A stretch of DNA of 64,000 bases from an uncultured delta proteobacterium (lineage in GTDB: Bacteria; Desulfobacterota; Binatia; UBA9968), in NCBI GenBank assembly GCA_963727625.1, contig CAVSHR010000002.1, positions 64,001 to 128,000 of the forward strand. Reading direction: 5' to 3'. Position 1 is the first letter of the stretch. Every line of letters begins with the position of its first letter. The position numbers and the translations under genes were made by a program. The notes beneath the pieces were generated by a model that saw nothing but the letters and a program-made list of their open reading frames with translations, had not been told where the DNA came from and ran no database searches. Below are positions 1 to 9,338 of this stretch, one piece after another.

Positions 1-52
1 AGATTGTCCTAGGCCGCAAGGCATCGCTAACTTAAATTCCAAGGAGGTGTTT

Positions 53-577
53 ATGGCGCTTTGGAATCAAGCCACACCGGGTGAAAATAACGATAAACCC
101 AGCAGCCCGCCGGCGACAACGCCCCAAGCCGTTGCCAGCGCGGCGCTGCAGTCGGCGGCGGTTTCGCCGCCGAAGGAAAGCGCGCCGATCGAACGGCGCG
201 AATCCATCTTCGGTTCCGATGTCAGCATCGAGGGAAAAATCGAAGGCGACACCGGCGTGCGCATCGCCGGAAAATTCAAAGGCGATATTCAGATCAAAGG
301 GGATTTAAATATCGAGAAAGGCGCCCGCATTACCGCGAAGATTCACGCCGCCAACGTGAGCATCGGCGGGGAGTTGGACGGTAATGTGGTCGCCACCGGC
401 CAAGTCAAACTTTTGGAATCCGGGCAAATGATCGGCGATTTGAAGGCGAGCAGTTTGACGGTCGCGTCCGGTTCGCGCATGCGCGGCCAGGTGGAGTTTG
501 GCTTCAGTGCCGCCGAGGTAGTCAAGTTCGTGAACGGCGGCGCCCATGAGAAGGAAAAAGATAAACCGGCTGGATGA
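53..577 (+). CDS. Bactofilin / polymer-forming cytoskeletal protein
   Basis: AAGGAGG RBS before ATG 53; beta-helix repeats (SIFGSDVSIEGKI...IAGKFKGDI...VSIGGELDGNV...MIGDL) after a Pro/Ala-rich N-terminus. Confidence 0.88.
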   Translation: MALWNQATPGENNDKPSSPPATTPQAVASAALQSAAVSPPKESAPIERRESIFGSDVSIEGKIEGDTGVRIAGKFKGDIQIKGDLNIEKGARITAKIHAANVSIGGELDGNVVATGQVKLLESGQMIGDLKASSLTVASGSRMRGQVEFGFSAAEVVKFVNGGAHEKEKDKPAG

Positions 578-653
578 TTGTTCGAGGGAGTAGACGCCGG
601 CCAAATGCTCATCGTGGCAGTGCCGATCAACGCGATCGGATGATTGCCGCCGC

Positions 654-908
654 TTAGTCCATCTGTGAAACTCGGAAAATGCGGGACGCGACCAAACACG
701 TGACGCAATCTCCGTAATTTCGGATCGCCTTTTCGACGCCTTCCGTCGTGTAGTTTTCCAGGCCCGGGCCGGTCGAAAGCTCCATCACGTCGAGCGGGGC
801 CAGGCGATAAAGCTGATAGCTGCGTGCGTGCTGGAGGTCTTCATGGGCGCGCCGCTGGATCACCCCATCGCGAAAACGCGGCAGAGGTTTATAGACTTAG
901 TCGGTCAT
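654..908 (-). pseudogene. Possible N-terminal gene remnant, perhaps Asp/Glu racemase or maleate isomerase-like
   Basis: Reads MTD*VYKPLPRFRDGVIQRRAHEDLQHARSYQLYRLAPLDVMELSTGPGLENYTTEGVEKAIRNY; TAA at codon 4 (899-897); family guess from memory only. Confidence 0.3.
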
Positions 909-1326
909 AACCGCAAGCTCCATCCGAACTCACACTCGTACTGAGGATTCATCCGCCTATAGAAATCGTCGCTCATTCTGTCACGGTCAGTTAAGTTCTC
1001 CCGGCTTCCGGTGAACTAGCTGGAGTGAAGGGTCGCTGCCCAACCACAAATTCTACCATTAGAGAATGGGTTCGTTAGTCGAGTTTGAAGGAGAGAACAA
1101 ATCAATTCAATCTCGACTATGGCGTGAGATGTGCCGAAGCGTACAAATTAGGGTAATGGTCATAAAGGAGTCATACCTGGTGCTTGAACACTCTGGTCTC
1201 TCAAGGGGCCGGGCCGTGTCAAAACAACGATCCCCAAAGCAATGTTTATGTATAGCATCGGGGGAGACTGCCTTTTTTACCATCTCATCCGTGCCAGCGC
1301 CTGCACTTTAACTTCGCTGCGCCTCG

Positions 1327-2163
1327 TCACCTTGTCGCTGGAGGGGTTTGCAGGGGTTTCACAAACTTGAGGGTCATGCGGTCGCTCTCGCCGATGGCCT
1401 TGAGGCTCTCGTTGGCCCCCCGCAGCTCCGGAAGCAGCCGATGCACGTTTAGGGTCTCGTCATCATTGGGGTTGGCATTGATCTCCGAGACGCCGGCCAG
1501 CACGAGGCCATTCTTGAGGCCAAGCGAGATGATGTAGCCCTCGGGGATTCGGTGCAGCGTCTTAGAGCTCTGCACCGCGTCCCTGTACGGCCGCGCTCGA
1601 TGCTCCACAACGCCGAGGATGCCGCCCGGCTTCAGCACATTGAAGGCCGCCCGGAACACGCTGTCCAGTTCCGCTGCGCTGTCGTTCAGCCAATCGTGCA
1701 GGTTACGAAAGGTTAAATCCAAATCAGCGGAGCCGTCCTCTCCCAGTTTTACGCGGTCGGGGGGCGAGAACTGCATGCGCTCGACCTTGCCGAAAACTCC
1801 GGGATTGCCCGAGAGCTTTTTGACGTAAGCACCGGTGAGGTTGGCGGTGGCGGCGATGAGCTGGCCATTGTCGCGCAGCACCGGCGCCAGTATCTCCGTG
1901 TACCAGCCGCCGCCTGGCGTGAGTTCTACCACCGTCATGTTGGGGCTGAGACCGAAGAACTCCAACGTCTCGATGGGATGGCGATACTGATCACGGACCT
2001 TCTTGGTGTCGAAGCGCCAGGCGCCGGCCACCGCTTGGTGCAGCAGCGTGTGCATGTTTGAGGAAGGTGTAGCAGCCTCGCTCAGTGCCCATGTGCAGCA
2101 AATGATGGTCAATAGAACGGAACTCAGTTTATTAATGGTTTCTCTCGCTGTCGTGATGGCCAA
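1327..2163 (-). CDS. Predicted exported class I SAM-dependent methyltransferase (COG4798-like)
   Basis: RDQYRHPIETLEFFGL, VVELTPGGGWYTEILAP, TFRNLHDW, LKPGG, IGESDRMTLKF motifs; signal-like N-terminus. Confidence 0.85.
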   Translation of the reverse strand: MAITTARETINKLSSVLLTIICCTWALSEAATPSSNMHTLLHQAVAGAWRFDTKKVRDQYRHPIETLEFFGLSPNMTVVELTPGGGWYTEILAPVLRDNGQLIAATANLTGAYVKKLSGNPGVFGKVERMQFSPPDRVKLGEDGSADLDLTFRNLHDWLNDSAAELDSVFRAAFNVLKPGGILGVVEHRARPYRDAVQSSKTLHRIPEGYIISLGLKNGLVLAGVSEINANPNDDETLNVHRLLPELRGANESLKAIGESDRMTLKFVKPLQTPPATR

Positions 2164-2373
2164 TATTATCCCTGAATTTTTTTACCGGGCTAGGGCTCCG
2201 CTGGCCGTTTTGCGCGAAGGTTATCCGATAAGTTGGTCTTGTGCCAACTCGATCCCAGGCAATCGAGTTGACATTTAGCGCTGGATGTCCAGATAAAAAA
2301 CCTGGCAACCTTCCCAACTTCACGGACAGTCATTTAAGGCTGGCACCCCTTTTAGTAATGCTTGTGGCCCGTT

Positions 2374-3486
2374 TTACACCAGTGTTGCCAAAATCGGTTT
2401 GAGCGCCGCGGCGACGCCTTCGGCGATACGGTGCATGCCGGCGTCGTTGGGGTGTACGTTGTCGGTGACGAGAAGAAAGAGCGGATCGCCCACCAACGCG
2501 AGACCGTCCAGGAAGAATAGATTCACGTCGGTTCTTTGCCGTTCGCGCACCACGCGGACGATGCCGTCGCGGTACGCCTCGGGCCGTTCGCCATTTTGAT
2601 TGGGACCGCGTTTCAAATCGGCGCGATTCAAGATCGGCGTGATGCATAGGATCGGTTTGGTCGGTGCCGCGGCGCGGATCGTTTCGAGATAGGCATCGTA
2701 TTTAGCGGCATACTGCGATGCGGTCTCCGGCTGCCCTTCGGCGTCGGTTCCGATCAACGAATTGGTTCCGATCATGATCGTCAGCACGTCCCAATCGCTT
2801 CGGCTGGCGATGGTTTGCGCCACGATATTATCAGCCCACGCGCTGCCGCCGAAACCGTAGTTGAGCGGCACACAGCCGAGTTTTTCGGCGGCCTGCCAAA
2901 CGTAGGTCTCGCGCGGGCTGGTGACGCCGTGGCCGTGGGTGATCGAATCGCCGTGAAATAACACGCGCGGCCGGTTGTCCGACATTGCGCGTGTCAGCGA
3001 AGCCTGCGGTTCGATGCCGATACCATGCATGATGATCTCGGCATTGCGATAATAGAAGGGGAAAAGCACCTGAATTTCCGTGTCGCTGGAAATTTTCAGA
3101 TCATCGTAAATCGCCACATCTTGCCGCGTGAATTGCGTCAATGCCGCGACGCTGGAGACGTACCTGCCGTCGCAATAGAGGGAAAAAAACGACGGCCGCG
3201 AGCGCTCCCAGGCGACGCCCGGATTGTCGGGCGCGTCGGGTGAATCGATGAAGGTGCAGCGGAGAAGCAGTTTATTGGAGTCGGTGCGAAAACGCAGAGT
3301 CACGCCGGCGGGCGACTTGCCGCGCCGCGCAGTTCGCGCCGGCCAACGGTCGCGCCACACTTTCGGCACCCGCACCGGCTGCAGCCCGCCGTCGCGCGGC
3401 TCCCAGTCGGCAAGGTTTAGCCAGTCGAACCGCTCATCGCGCACCTCGAGCCATTGCAAAGCGTCGTTGGATTCTATTTTAGTCAT
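2374..3486 (-). CDS. SGNH/GDSL hydrolase with N-terminal beta domain
   Basis: FHGDSITHG, NYGFGG, IGTNS, DNVHPN blocks. Confidence 0.88.
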   Translation of the reverse strand: MTKIESNDALQWLEVRDERFDWLNLADWEPRDGGLQPVRVPKVWRDRWPARTARRGKSPAGVTLRFRTDSNKLLLRCTFIDSPDAPDNPGVAWERSRPSFFSLYCDGRYVSSVAALTQFTRQDVAIYDDLKISSDTEIQVLFPFYYRNAEIIMHGIGIEPQASLTRAMSDNRPRVLFHGDSITHGHGVTSPRETYVWQAAEKLGCVPLNYGFGGSAWADNIVAQTIASRSDWDVLTIMIGTNSLIGTDAEGQPETASQYAAKYDAYLETIRAAAPTKPILCITPILNRADLKRGPNQNGERPEAYRDGIVRVVRERQRTDVNLFFLDGLALVGDPLFLLVTDNVHPNDAGMHRIAEGVAAALKPILATLV

Positions 3487-3529
3487 TTCGATTACCGGGT
3501 CGAATGGACTTCATCCTGCCGCCCTTGTC

Positions 3530-4581
3530 CTATTTCTCGCCAAGTGCCAGCGCGGGGATCACTTTGGTGCCGAACAGCTCGAGAGAGCGCATCACCTGCT
3601 CATGCTTCAGTCCGCCGAAGCTGAACATGCCGACAAGGCTGTCGGGCTTCGCCGTTGCGATCATCGCCCGGGCTTTTTATGATCACGGTATAGGGACTGC
3701 CGATCAGCGACGTGCCCCATTCATCGATACGCCGACGGTCAGGCCGCCGGGATAAGTACGGGTAACGTCGGTGAACTTAGGCAGATCGTCGGCGGGAACA
3801 GAATCGCCGCGCCAGACATTATCGGTGGCCAATTGCCAGAAGCGGGCAGTTGCGGCGGCGCTTCGCTGCCACGCCTGCTCGTCGGTATCGGCGACATAAA
3901 TGTCGCGCACCATAATGGCGTCGCCGGTGCCCGGCAGGTCGGCATGCTTGGCGCGCTCCTCGCGATAGGATTTGATCGCCCGCGCGCAATTCGCCAGCGG
4001 CTGGCGCGACAGCGCAAGGTTCCAGCCGCGGCGCGCCACCATGGGCGGGCTTTCGGGCGAGCCGCGCCGTAGTAAATCGGCGGGTGCGGCTTCTGCAACG
4101 GCTGCGGTCGGCAGGAAATCTCTTCGTAGCTCCAGGCCTTGCCGGAGTAGCTGAAGGTCTCGCCCGTCCATGAGCGCCTGAGGATGTCGATACCCTCCTC
4201 GAAGCGCGCCTGGGCGGTTTCGCGGTCGAGTCTGTGTTTGATATCATCTTTGGGAACGCCGCGGCCGACTCCGACGTTCAATCGTCCGTTGGTCAAAATG
4301 TCGAGCATGCTGCACTCCTCGGCAAAGCGCATGGGATCGTAAAGCGGTAAGACGCTGACCAGGTTTCCCATGCGCAGCCGTTCGGTGCGCGGCGCCAGCG
4401 AGGCGATGATCAAGTTCGGCGACGCTAGCATGCCGTAGTCGGAGTGATGGTGCTCGGCGAACCAGGCTTCGTCGAAGCCCAGCCGCTCGGTGAGAAGAAT
4501 CTGCTCGAGCAATTCCTCGAAGGCCTGTTTCTCCGGCACCGCGGGCCGCGATTGATTATAACTAAAAGTGCCGAACCTCAT
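3530..4581 (-). pseudogene. LLM-class flavin-dependent oxidoreductase with multiple frameshifts (probably sequencing indels)
   Basis: GFDEAWFAEHH, RMGNLV, GRLNVGVGRG, PLQKPHPPIYYG; continues in other frames as SPESPPMVARRGWN...IDEWGTSLIGSP...EQVMRSLELFGTKVIPAL* with TAG at 3532-3530. Confidence 0.8.
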
Positions 4582-4757
4582 GAGTTGCTCCTCCCGCTGG
4601 TTTTCGCTCAGATAAAGCTACCGTAACTGATAGCATATTTGCTGAGCTTTGCGCGAGGAAGGAGCGGCGCGCCAAGAATGCGTTGACCCCAATTTCCACT
4701 GATGTTAAGACGGTTGGCAATACTTGACCCTCCGTTGATCGCGCAGGGGAGAATATC

Positions 4758-5561
4758 ATGGCAAAGCTCGTACTCGCCGCCGGCGTGCCGCATCCGCCCC
4801 GGCTGGTCTATGAAATGGAACATGCGCCGGGGAAAATGAAAGGCGAAGCGTTGATGAAGCAGGTGCGCGAGCAGGTGGAAAAAGCCGCTCCGGACTTGAT
4901 CATCGAAGTGGACAGCGATCATTTCGTCAATTTCTTCTACAACAATTTGCCGTCGTTCTGCGTCGGCATGGCGGAGGAAGCGCAAGGCCCGCAGGAGAGC
5001 TGGTGCCCGATGCCGCGCTATACCGTGCGCGGCCATGTGCCGCTGGCCAAAGCGCTTCTGCGCTACGGCGTGCATAGCAAGTTCGATCTCGCCGCGGCCC
5101 ATGAGCTGCGCCTTGATCACTCGCTGACCGTGCCGCTGCACTTTCTCAATCCCGGCATGGAGCTGCCGGTGGTGCCGATCTACACCAATGGCTTCGCTTC
5201 GCCCATGCCGCTGGCCACTCGCTGTCTGGCTCTGGGGCGCATGCTGCGCAAGTTTATCGAAGCTTGGGAAGGTAAGGAGCGGATTGCGTTGATCGCCAGC
5301 GGTTGTTTTGCCATGGACGTCGGCGGGCCGCTGCGCGGGTGGATCGATACCGAGTGGTCGGAGACGATTTCATCGCTGCTGCTGCGTGGCCAGTATCAAG
5401 CACTGGCGCGGCGCGCCACCGAGGAACGGATCAACCGCGCCGGCAACAACAGCGGCGAGTTGTTAAATTGGATCACTGTCACCGGGGCCGTGGGCACAAC
5501 TAAACCGCTGTTTCTCGAAAGTGATAACGGTTCGGGTTACGCCGTATGGAAATTCGAGTAG
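4758..5561 (+). CDS. LigB-family (class III) extradiol dioxygenase-like protein
   Basis: GVPHPP, DSDHFVNF, LDHSLTVPL, GELLNW; canonical GGLSH replaced by GCFAM. Confidence 0.82.
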   Translation: MAKLVLAAGVPHPPRLVYEMEHAPGKMKGEALMKQVREQVEKAAPDLIIEVDSDHFVNFFYNNLPSFCVGMAEEAQGPQESWCPMPRYTVRGHVPLAKALLRYGVHSKFDLAAAHELRLDHSLTVPLHFLNPGMELPVVPIYTNGFASPMPLATRCLALGRMLRKFIEAWEGKERIALIASGCFAMDVGGPLRGWIDTEWSETISSLLLRGQYQALARRATEERINRAGNNSGELLNWITVTGAVGTTKPLFLESDNGSGYAVWKFE

Positions 5562-5567
5562 GTCAAA

Positions 5568-5885
5568 ATGAGCGTCTATCAAGTCAACAAGTTGCTCTAT
5601 CTCACGGACAACGATCCGGCGATACGCAAGCGCATAATCGAGGAGCCGGAGGCGGTGCTGAACGAGTTCAAGCTTTCGCCCGAAGAACGCGAGGCGCTGA
5701 CTTCAGGGGCGGTCGGGAAGCTCTATCAGATGGGGGTGCACACTTTTCTGCTCAACCATCTTTATCGCTACGAGCTGTTCGGTGTGAACCGCGACAATTA
5801 CTTATCGCGCATCCGCGAAGGCATGCCGTACGATCCGCGCTTCGAGCTGGGCAACCTGCCGGTGCAAAGATTTCTCAAGGGATAA
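5568..5885 (+). CDS. LigA-like small subunit
   Basis: MSVYQVNKLL...EPEAVLNEFKLSPEEREAL...LYQMGVHTFLL; starts 6 bp after the ligB-like gene. Confidence 0.75.
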   Translation: MSVYQVNKLLYLTDNDPAIRKRIIEEPEAVLNEFKLSPEEREALTSGAVGKLYQMGVHTFLLNHLYRYELFGVNRDNYLSRIREGMPYDPRFELGNLPVQRFLKG

Positions 5886-6114
5886 TCAGAACGATGAAGC
5901 AAAACGCACTCGGGCACGTCGGTTCAGTATCCGCTTCGCTGAGGGCCAAGTTCTCCAATCGGCTCAATGGTTGCCCGCGGCTCTGTTCGATCACTATTGT
6001 CTTGGCATTGGCGGGGGTTTCCTACCGAGATGTTCGGCCAGTGTGAAGAGTGGTTATTGCATTCGCACTTCCTTTTGCGTTAATCAAAGAGAAATAAAAA
6101 GTGGAGTTTAGTCA

Positions 6115-6435
6115 ATGAAACAAACTTGCTTCGTATGTCAAAATGTTGATTGTCTAAGCCGCGGCTCGGAAAAGCTCATGGAAGAGTTGACCAAACAGGT
6201 CGAGGCTCGAGGGGTCGAGGCCGAGGTTAAACCGTATATCTGCTTTGGCGGATGCGACTTCGGGCCGAACATCGTCGTTCATCCGCAGAAAAACTGGTAC
6301 GCCGGCGTCAAACCGGAAGATCTGCCCGAGATTATCAAATCATTGACCGACGGCCAGCCGGTCGCTCGGCTCGACACCATTGATCCTTCCTTGAAAGAGA
6401 TCGTCTATTCGCTGCTTGATACCGGGGTGTTTTGA
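6115..6435 (+). CDS. Thioredoxin-like [2Fe-2S] ferredoxin
   Basis: VCQNVDCLSRGS...CFGGCDFGPNIVVHPQKNWYAGVKPEDL. Confidence 0.85.
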   Translation: MKQTCFVCQNVDCLSRGSEKLMEELTKQVEARGVEAEVKPYICFGGCDFGPNIVVHPQKNWYAGVKPEDLPEIIKSLTDGQPVARLDTIDPSLKEIVYSLLDTGVF

Positions 6436-6458
6436 AAACGCTTGCCCCTAAAGTGTTA

Positions 6459-6860
6459 TCAAATTCGCCGCGATTCGAGTCTTTCGACGGCGCGGACGAA
6501 AACCTTCATTCCTTCTGCGTTGACAATTTCCACGTCGGTTCCGGAAGCGACCACTTGGTCGGCCGGAAGGGCGACGGCGAGCCAGAGCTCGCCGCGGACC
6601 CGGACATAACCGCTCGGGTTCAAATCCCCCTGCGCAATGCCGTGCGCGCCGATCAGCGCCGCCGAACCAGTTTTCGCGCCGTCCTCATAGGCATGGCGAA
6701 GAAGCGGATAGAGAATCAGGTCTTTTACCAGCCAGGCAAAAAAGCACAGCAGCGCGAGCCAGCGGGGTAACAATTGCCAATGCCAAAGAACGCTCAGCAC
6801 CGTTGCTGTGGCCAGCCAGCCGGGAATTTGCAGCAGTAAATATTTTTTCCAAGTCGACAC
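6459..6860 (-). CDS. NfeD-family membrane protein (short form, C-terminal OB fold)
   Basis: Two hydrophobic segments then LIGAHGIA...GYVRVRGELWLA...GTDVEIVNAEGMKVFV; likely GTG start 6860 (ORF open to 6974). Confidence 0.78.
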   Translation of the reverse strand: MSTWKKYLLLQIPGWLATATVLSVLWHWQLLPRWLALLCFFAWLVKDLILYPLLRHAYEDGAKTGSAALIGAHGIAQGDLNPSGYVRVRGELWLAVALPADQVVASGTDVEIVNAEGMKVFVRAVERLESRRI

Positions 6861-6984
6861 GGCGCCGACGGGTCTTGCAACTTCCAACTTCAGGGTCTTG
6901 TGCCAAACGCGCCGCCGCCGTGGATGCGACGACGGCGCCCATGGTTCATTAGCTCGCCATTCCGGCCGCAGCAAGCGGTGGGAG

Positions 6985-7935
6985 CTAGGGATTGGCTTTC
7001 TTGAGATAGCGATAATAGTCGCTATCGGTGGTCATCATCAACACCGCGTTGCCGTTCTTGCTGTCCTTCAAACTCTCCATGGTTTGGGAGAACGCGTAAA
7101 ATTCTTTGTCGCGGCCGTAGGCGTCGCCGTAAACCTTGGTGGCCGTAGCGTCGCCTTTGCCGCGCACTTCCTGAACTTTGCGATAGGCCGTCGAGCGGAT
7201 CTCGCGCAGCTCTTTCTCCATGTTGCCCAAAATCTCGGCACTCCGCCCCTCGCCCTCGGAGCGAAAACGGGCGGCGACGCGCTTGCGCTCGGAGATCATC
7301 CGCGCGTAAACTTTTTCGCGCACGCTCTCGACATAGTTCAAGCGTTTGATGCGCACGTCGACCACCTCAATGCCGTATTGCGGCGTAGTCTTGCGCACTT
7401 CGGCGAGCACCGCGCGGGTGAGTTCCTCGCGGCCAAAATTAATCTCTTTTTTCAGCTCTTCGATGGTCTCTTTTGAGGCCTCCTCGAGGACCTCCCCTTT
7501 CGGCGTCTGCCAGGAGGAGCTGCGCACCAGCTCGACGAGCGGATTCGCCGAGACCAGATCGCGCACCACCGAATCGATGATGTCGTCGAGGCGCGACTGC
7601 GCTCCCGCCTCGGTGGCGACGCTTTCGAGGAATTTCAACGGGTCGACGATGCGCCAGCGCGCGGTGGAGTCGACCCAGATGAATTCACGCCCGGCAGTCG
7701 GGATCTGATTGGGGTCGCCGTCCCAAATCAACAGCCGCTTGTCGAAACGCCGCACTTCTTGAATGAAAGGAATTTTGAAGTTAAGTCCGGCCTCGCTGAT
7801 GGTCGTGCCGACCGGACGGCCGAACTGCAAGATGACGGCTTGTTGTCCTTCTTCGACGACAAAGAAGCTTCCCAAACCTAACATCAAGGCCAGCGCCAAA
7901 ATAATCGCCGCGCCGTAAGCTATAGGTGTTTTCAT
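6985..7935 (-). CDS. hflC: FtsH modulator HflC (SPFH)
   Basis: VEEGQQAVILQFGRP, FDKRLLIWDGDP, VDVRIKR, RMISER, YGDAYGRDKEFYAF. Confidence 0.92.
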   Translation of the reverse strand: MKTPIAYGAAIILALALMLGLGSFFVVEEGQQAVILQFGRPVGTTISEAGLNFKIPFIQEVRRFDKRLLIWDGDPNQIPTAGREFIWVDSTARWRIVDPLKFLESVATEAGAQSRLDDIIDSVVRDLVSANPLVELVRSSSWQTPKGEVLEEASKETIEELKKEINFGREELTRAVLAEVRKTTPQYGIEVVDVRIKRLNYVESVREKVYARMISERKRVAARFRSEGEGRSAEILGNMEKELREIRSTAYRKVQEVRGKGDATATKVYGDAYGRDKEFYAFSQTMESLKDSKNGNAVLMMTTDSDYYRYLKKANP

Positions 7936-8972
7936 TTTTGGGGTACCTCCTTGAGGCTGTTCAGCGGCGGGGGCGCTTTCCCGGAATCTATCGACAGCCA
8001 GGGAATCAGCGCGCGCTGCGCGCTGTCGACGATATAGACGCTCTTGGCCTCGGAGAGGACTTCGTTCATAGCCTCCAGGTAGAGCCGGCGTCGGGTCACC
8101 TCGGGGACGCGCTTGTATTCCGCCAAGACCGACGTGAAGCGCGCCGCCTCGCCGCGCGCTCGATTGACCCGCTCCGTGGCATAGCCCTCCGCTTCGGCGA
8201 TCGACTGTTTGGCCTCGCCGCTCGCTTTAGGAATCAACTTGTTCGCCTGCTCTTGGGCTTGATTCACCATCCGTTCCAAATCCTGGCGCGCCTCGTTGAC
8301 TTCGTTGAATGCGGGTTTCACGGCATCGGGCGGCGTGACGTCCTGCAGCTCCACGGTGACCAGCCGGATGCCGGTCTCGTATTCCGAGAGAATCTTTTGC
8401 ATCTCGGTTTTGACTTCGCTCGACACGGCGACGCGGCCCACCGTCAAGACATCGCTTCCCAGACGGTTGCCGACGACCCGGCGCATCACCGCCTCGGTGA
8501 TATCGCGCAGGGTTTCGGTCTGCTCGCGTACGCGAAAAAGATAGCGCACCGGGTCTTCGATGCGGTACTGGACAATCCATTGGACATCGATGACGTTCAA
8601 GTCGCCGGTGAGCATCAGCGATTCGTTCGAGTGATCGCCGCCCTCGTATTTGGTCCGGCGGCCTGCCGCCAGAGTGCGAAAGCCAAATTCTTCTTTGAGC
8701 ACTCGAGCGGTCGGCACCGTTTTGACCGTCTCGACGCCGAAGGGGATTTTGAAATGCAGCCCCGGCCCCTCCGAGCGCAGATAACGGCCGAACCTCTGTA
8801 CCACCGCGGTTTCTTCGGGCTGCACGGTGTACCAGCTCGACCACGCGAGCACGCCGATGATTAGGGCGATTGCGATGCCACCGGCCTTGGCGCCGAGTTC
8901 GTTGAACATGGGGCGCAGCTGGTGGATTAAAAGCCTTAACTCATCAGGCAATTGACCGTTTGCCATGATCAC
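7932..8972 (-). CDS. hflK: FtsH modulator HflK (SPFH)
   Basis: MLTGDLNVIDVQWIVQYRI, VKPAFNEVNEARQD, RARGEAARF, PEVTRRRLYLEAM; overlaps hflC by 4 bp. Confidence 0.92.
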   Translation of the reverse strand: MIMANGQLPDELRLLIHQLRPMFNELGAKAGGIAIALIIGVLAWSSWYTVQPEETAVVQRFGRYLRSEGPGLHFKIPFGVETVKTVPTARVLKEEFGFRTLAAGRRTKYEGGDHSNESLMLTGDLNVIDVQWIVQYRIEDPVRYLFRVREQTETLRDITEAVMRRVVGNRLGSDVLTVGRVAVSSEVKTEMQKILSEYETGIRLVTVELQDVTPPDAVKPAFNEVNEARQDLERMVNQAQEQANKLIPKASGEAKQSIAEAEGYATERVNRARGEAARFTSVLAEYKRVPEVTRRRLYLEAMNEVLSEAKSVYIVDSAQRALIPWLSIDSGKAPPPLNSLKEVPQK

Positions 8973-9338
8973 CTCCCTATTAATTATTTAATTGCGGAAA
9001 CTTGTAAAAACGCGAATAACAAAGATAGGTAATGCGCAAAAAACACTTTAACAAATTAAGAACCTAAGGTAAGTCATTTCCGAAAAAAATCTGACGGCAG
9101 CAAAATTCATCAATGTTATTAGTCAAGGAGCTCTTGGTACTTGCTCGGCGCAAGAAGCTTCTGAATCCGCTCGACGGATCAATCATGACGAAACAGCAGC
9201 ATACTCCAAGCGCTATGCTCTGTCAGCCATGAATGACTGGTGCACAAACGACAACCGCAAAGCTAAGGCACTTGCCAGCCTGTATAAGTCGATATATGAG
9301 CTAGAGATCATTTCTTTCCGAAATCGAGGAGCAGCTTA

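Noticed and set aside
1066-1311. 81-aa ORF in a low-GC stretch
   Set aside because: No recognisable motifs or clear RBS; probably non-coding or decayed foreign DNA.
8973-9338. AT-rich intergenic region as a riboswitch (e.g. TPP) or ncRNA
   Set aside because: No TPP-riboswitch core motif or convincing stems were seen; it fits a divergent promoter region.
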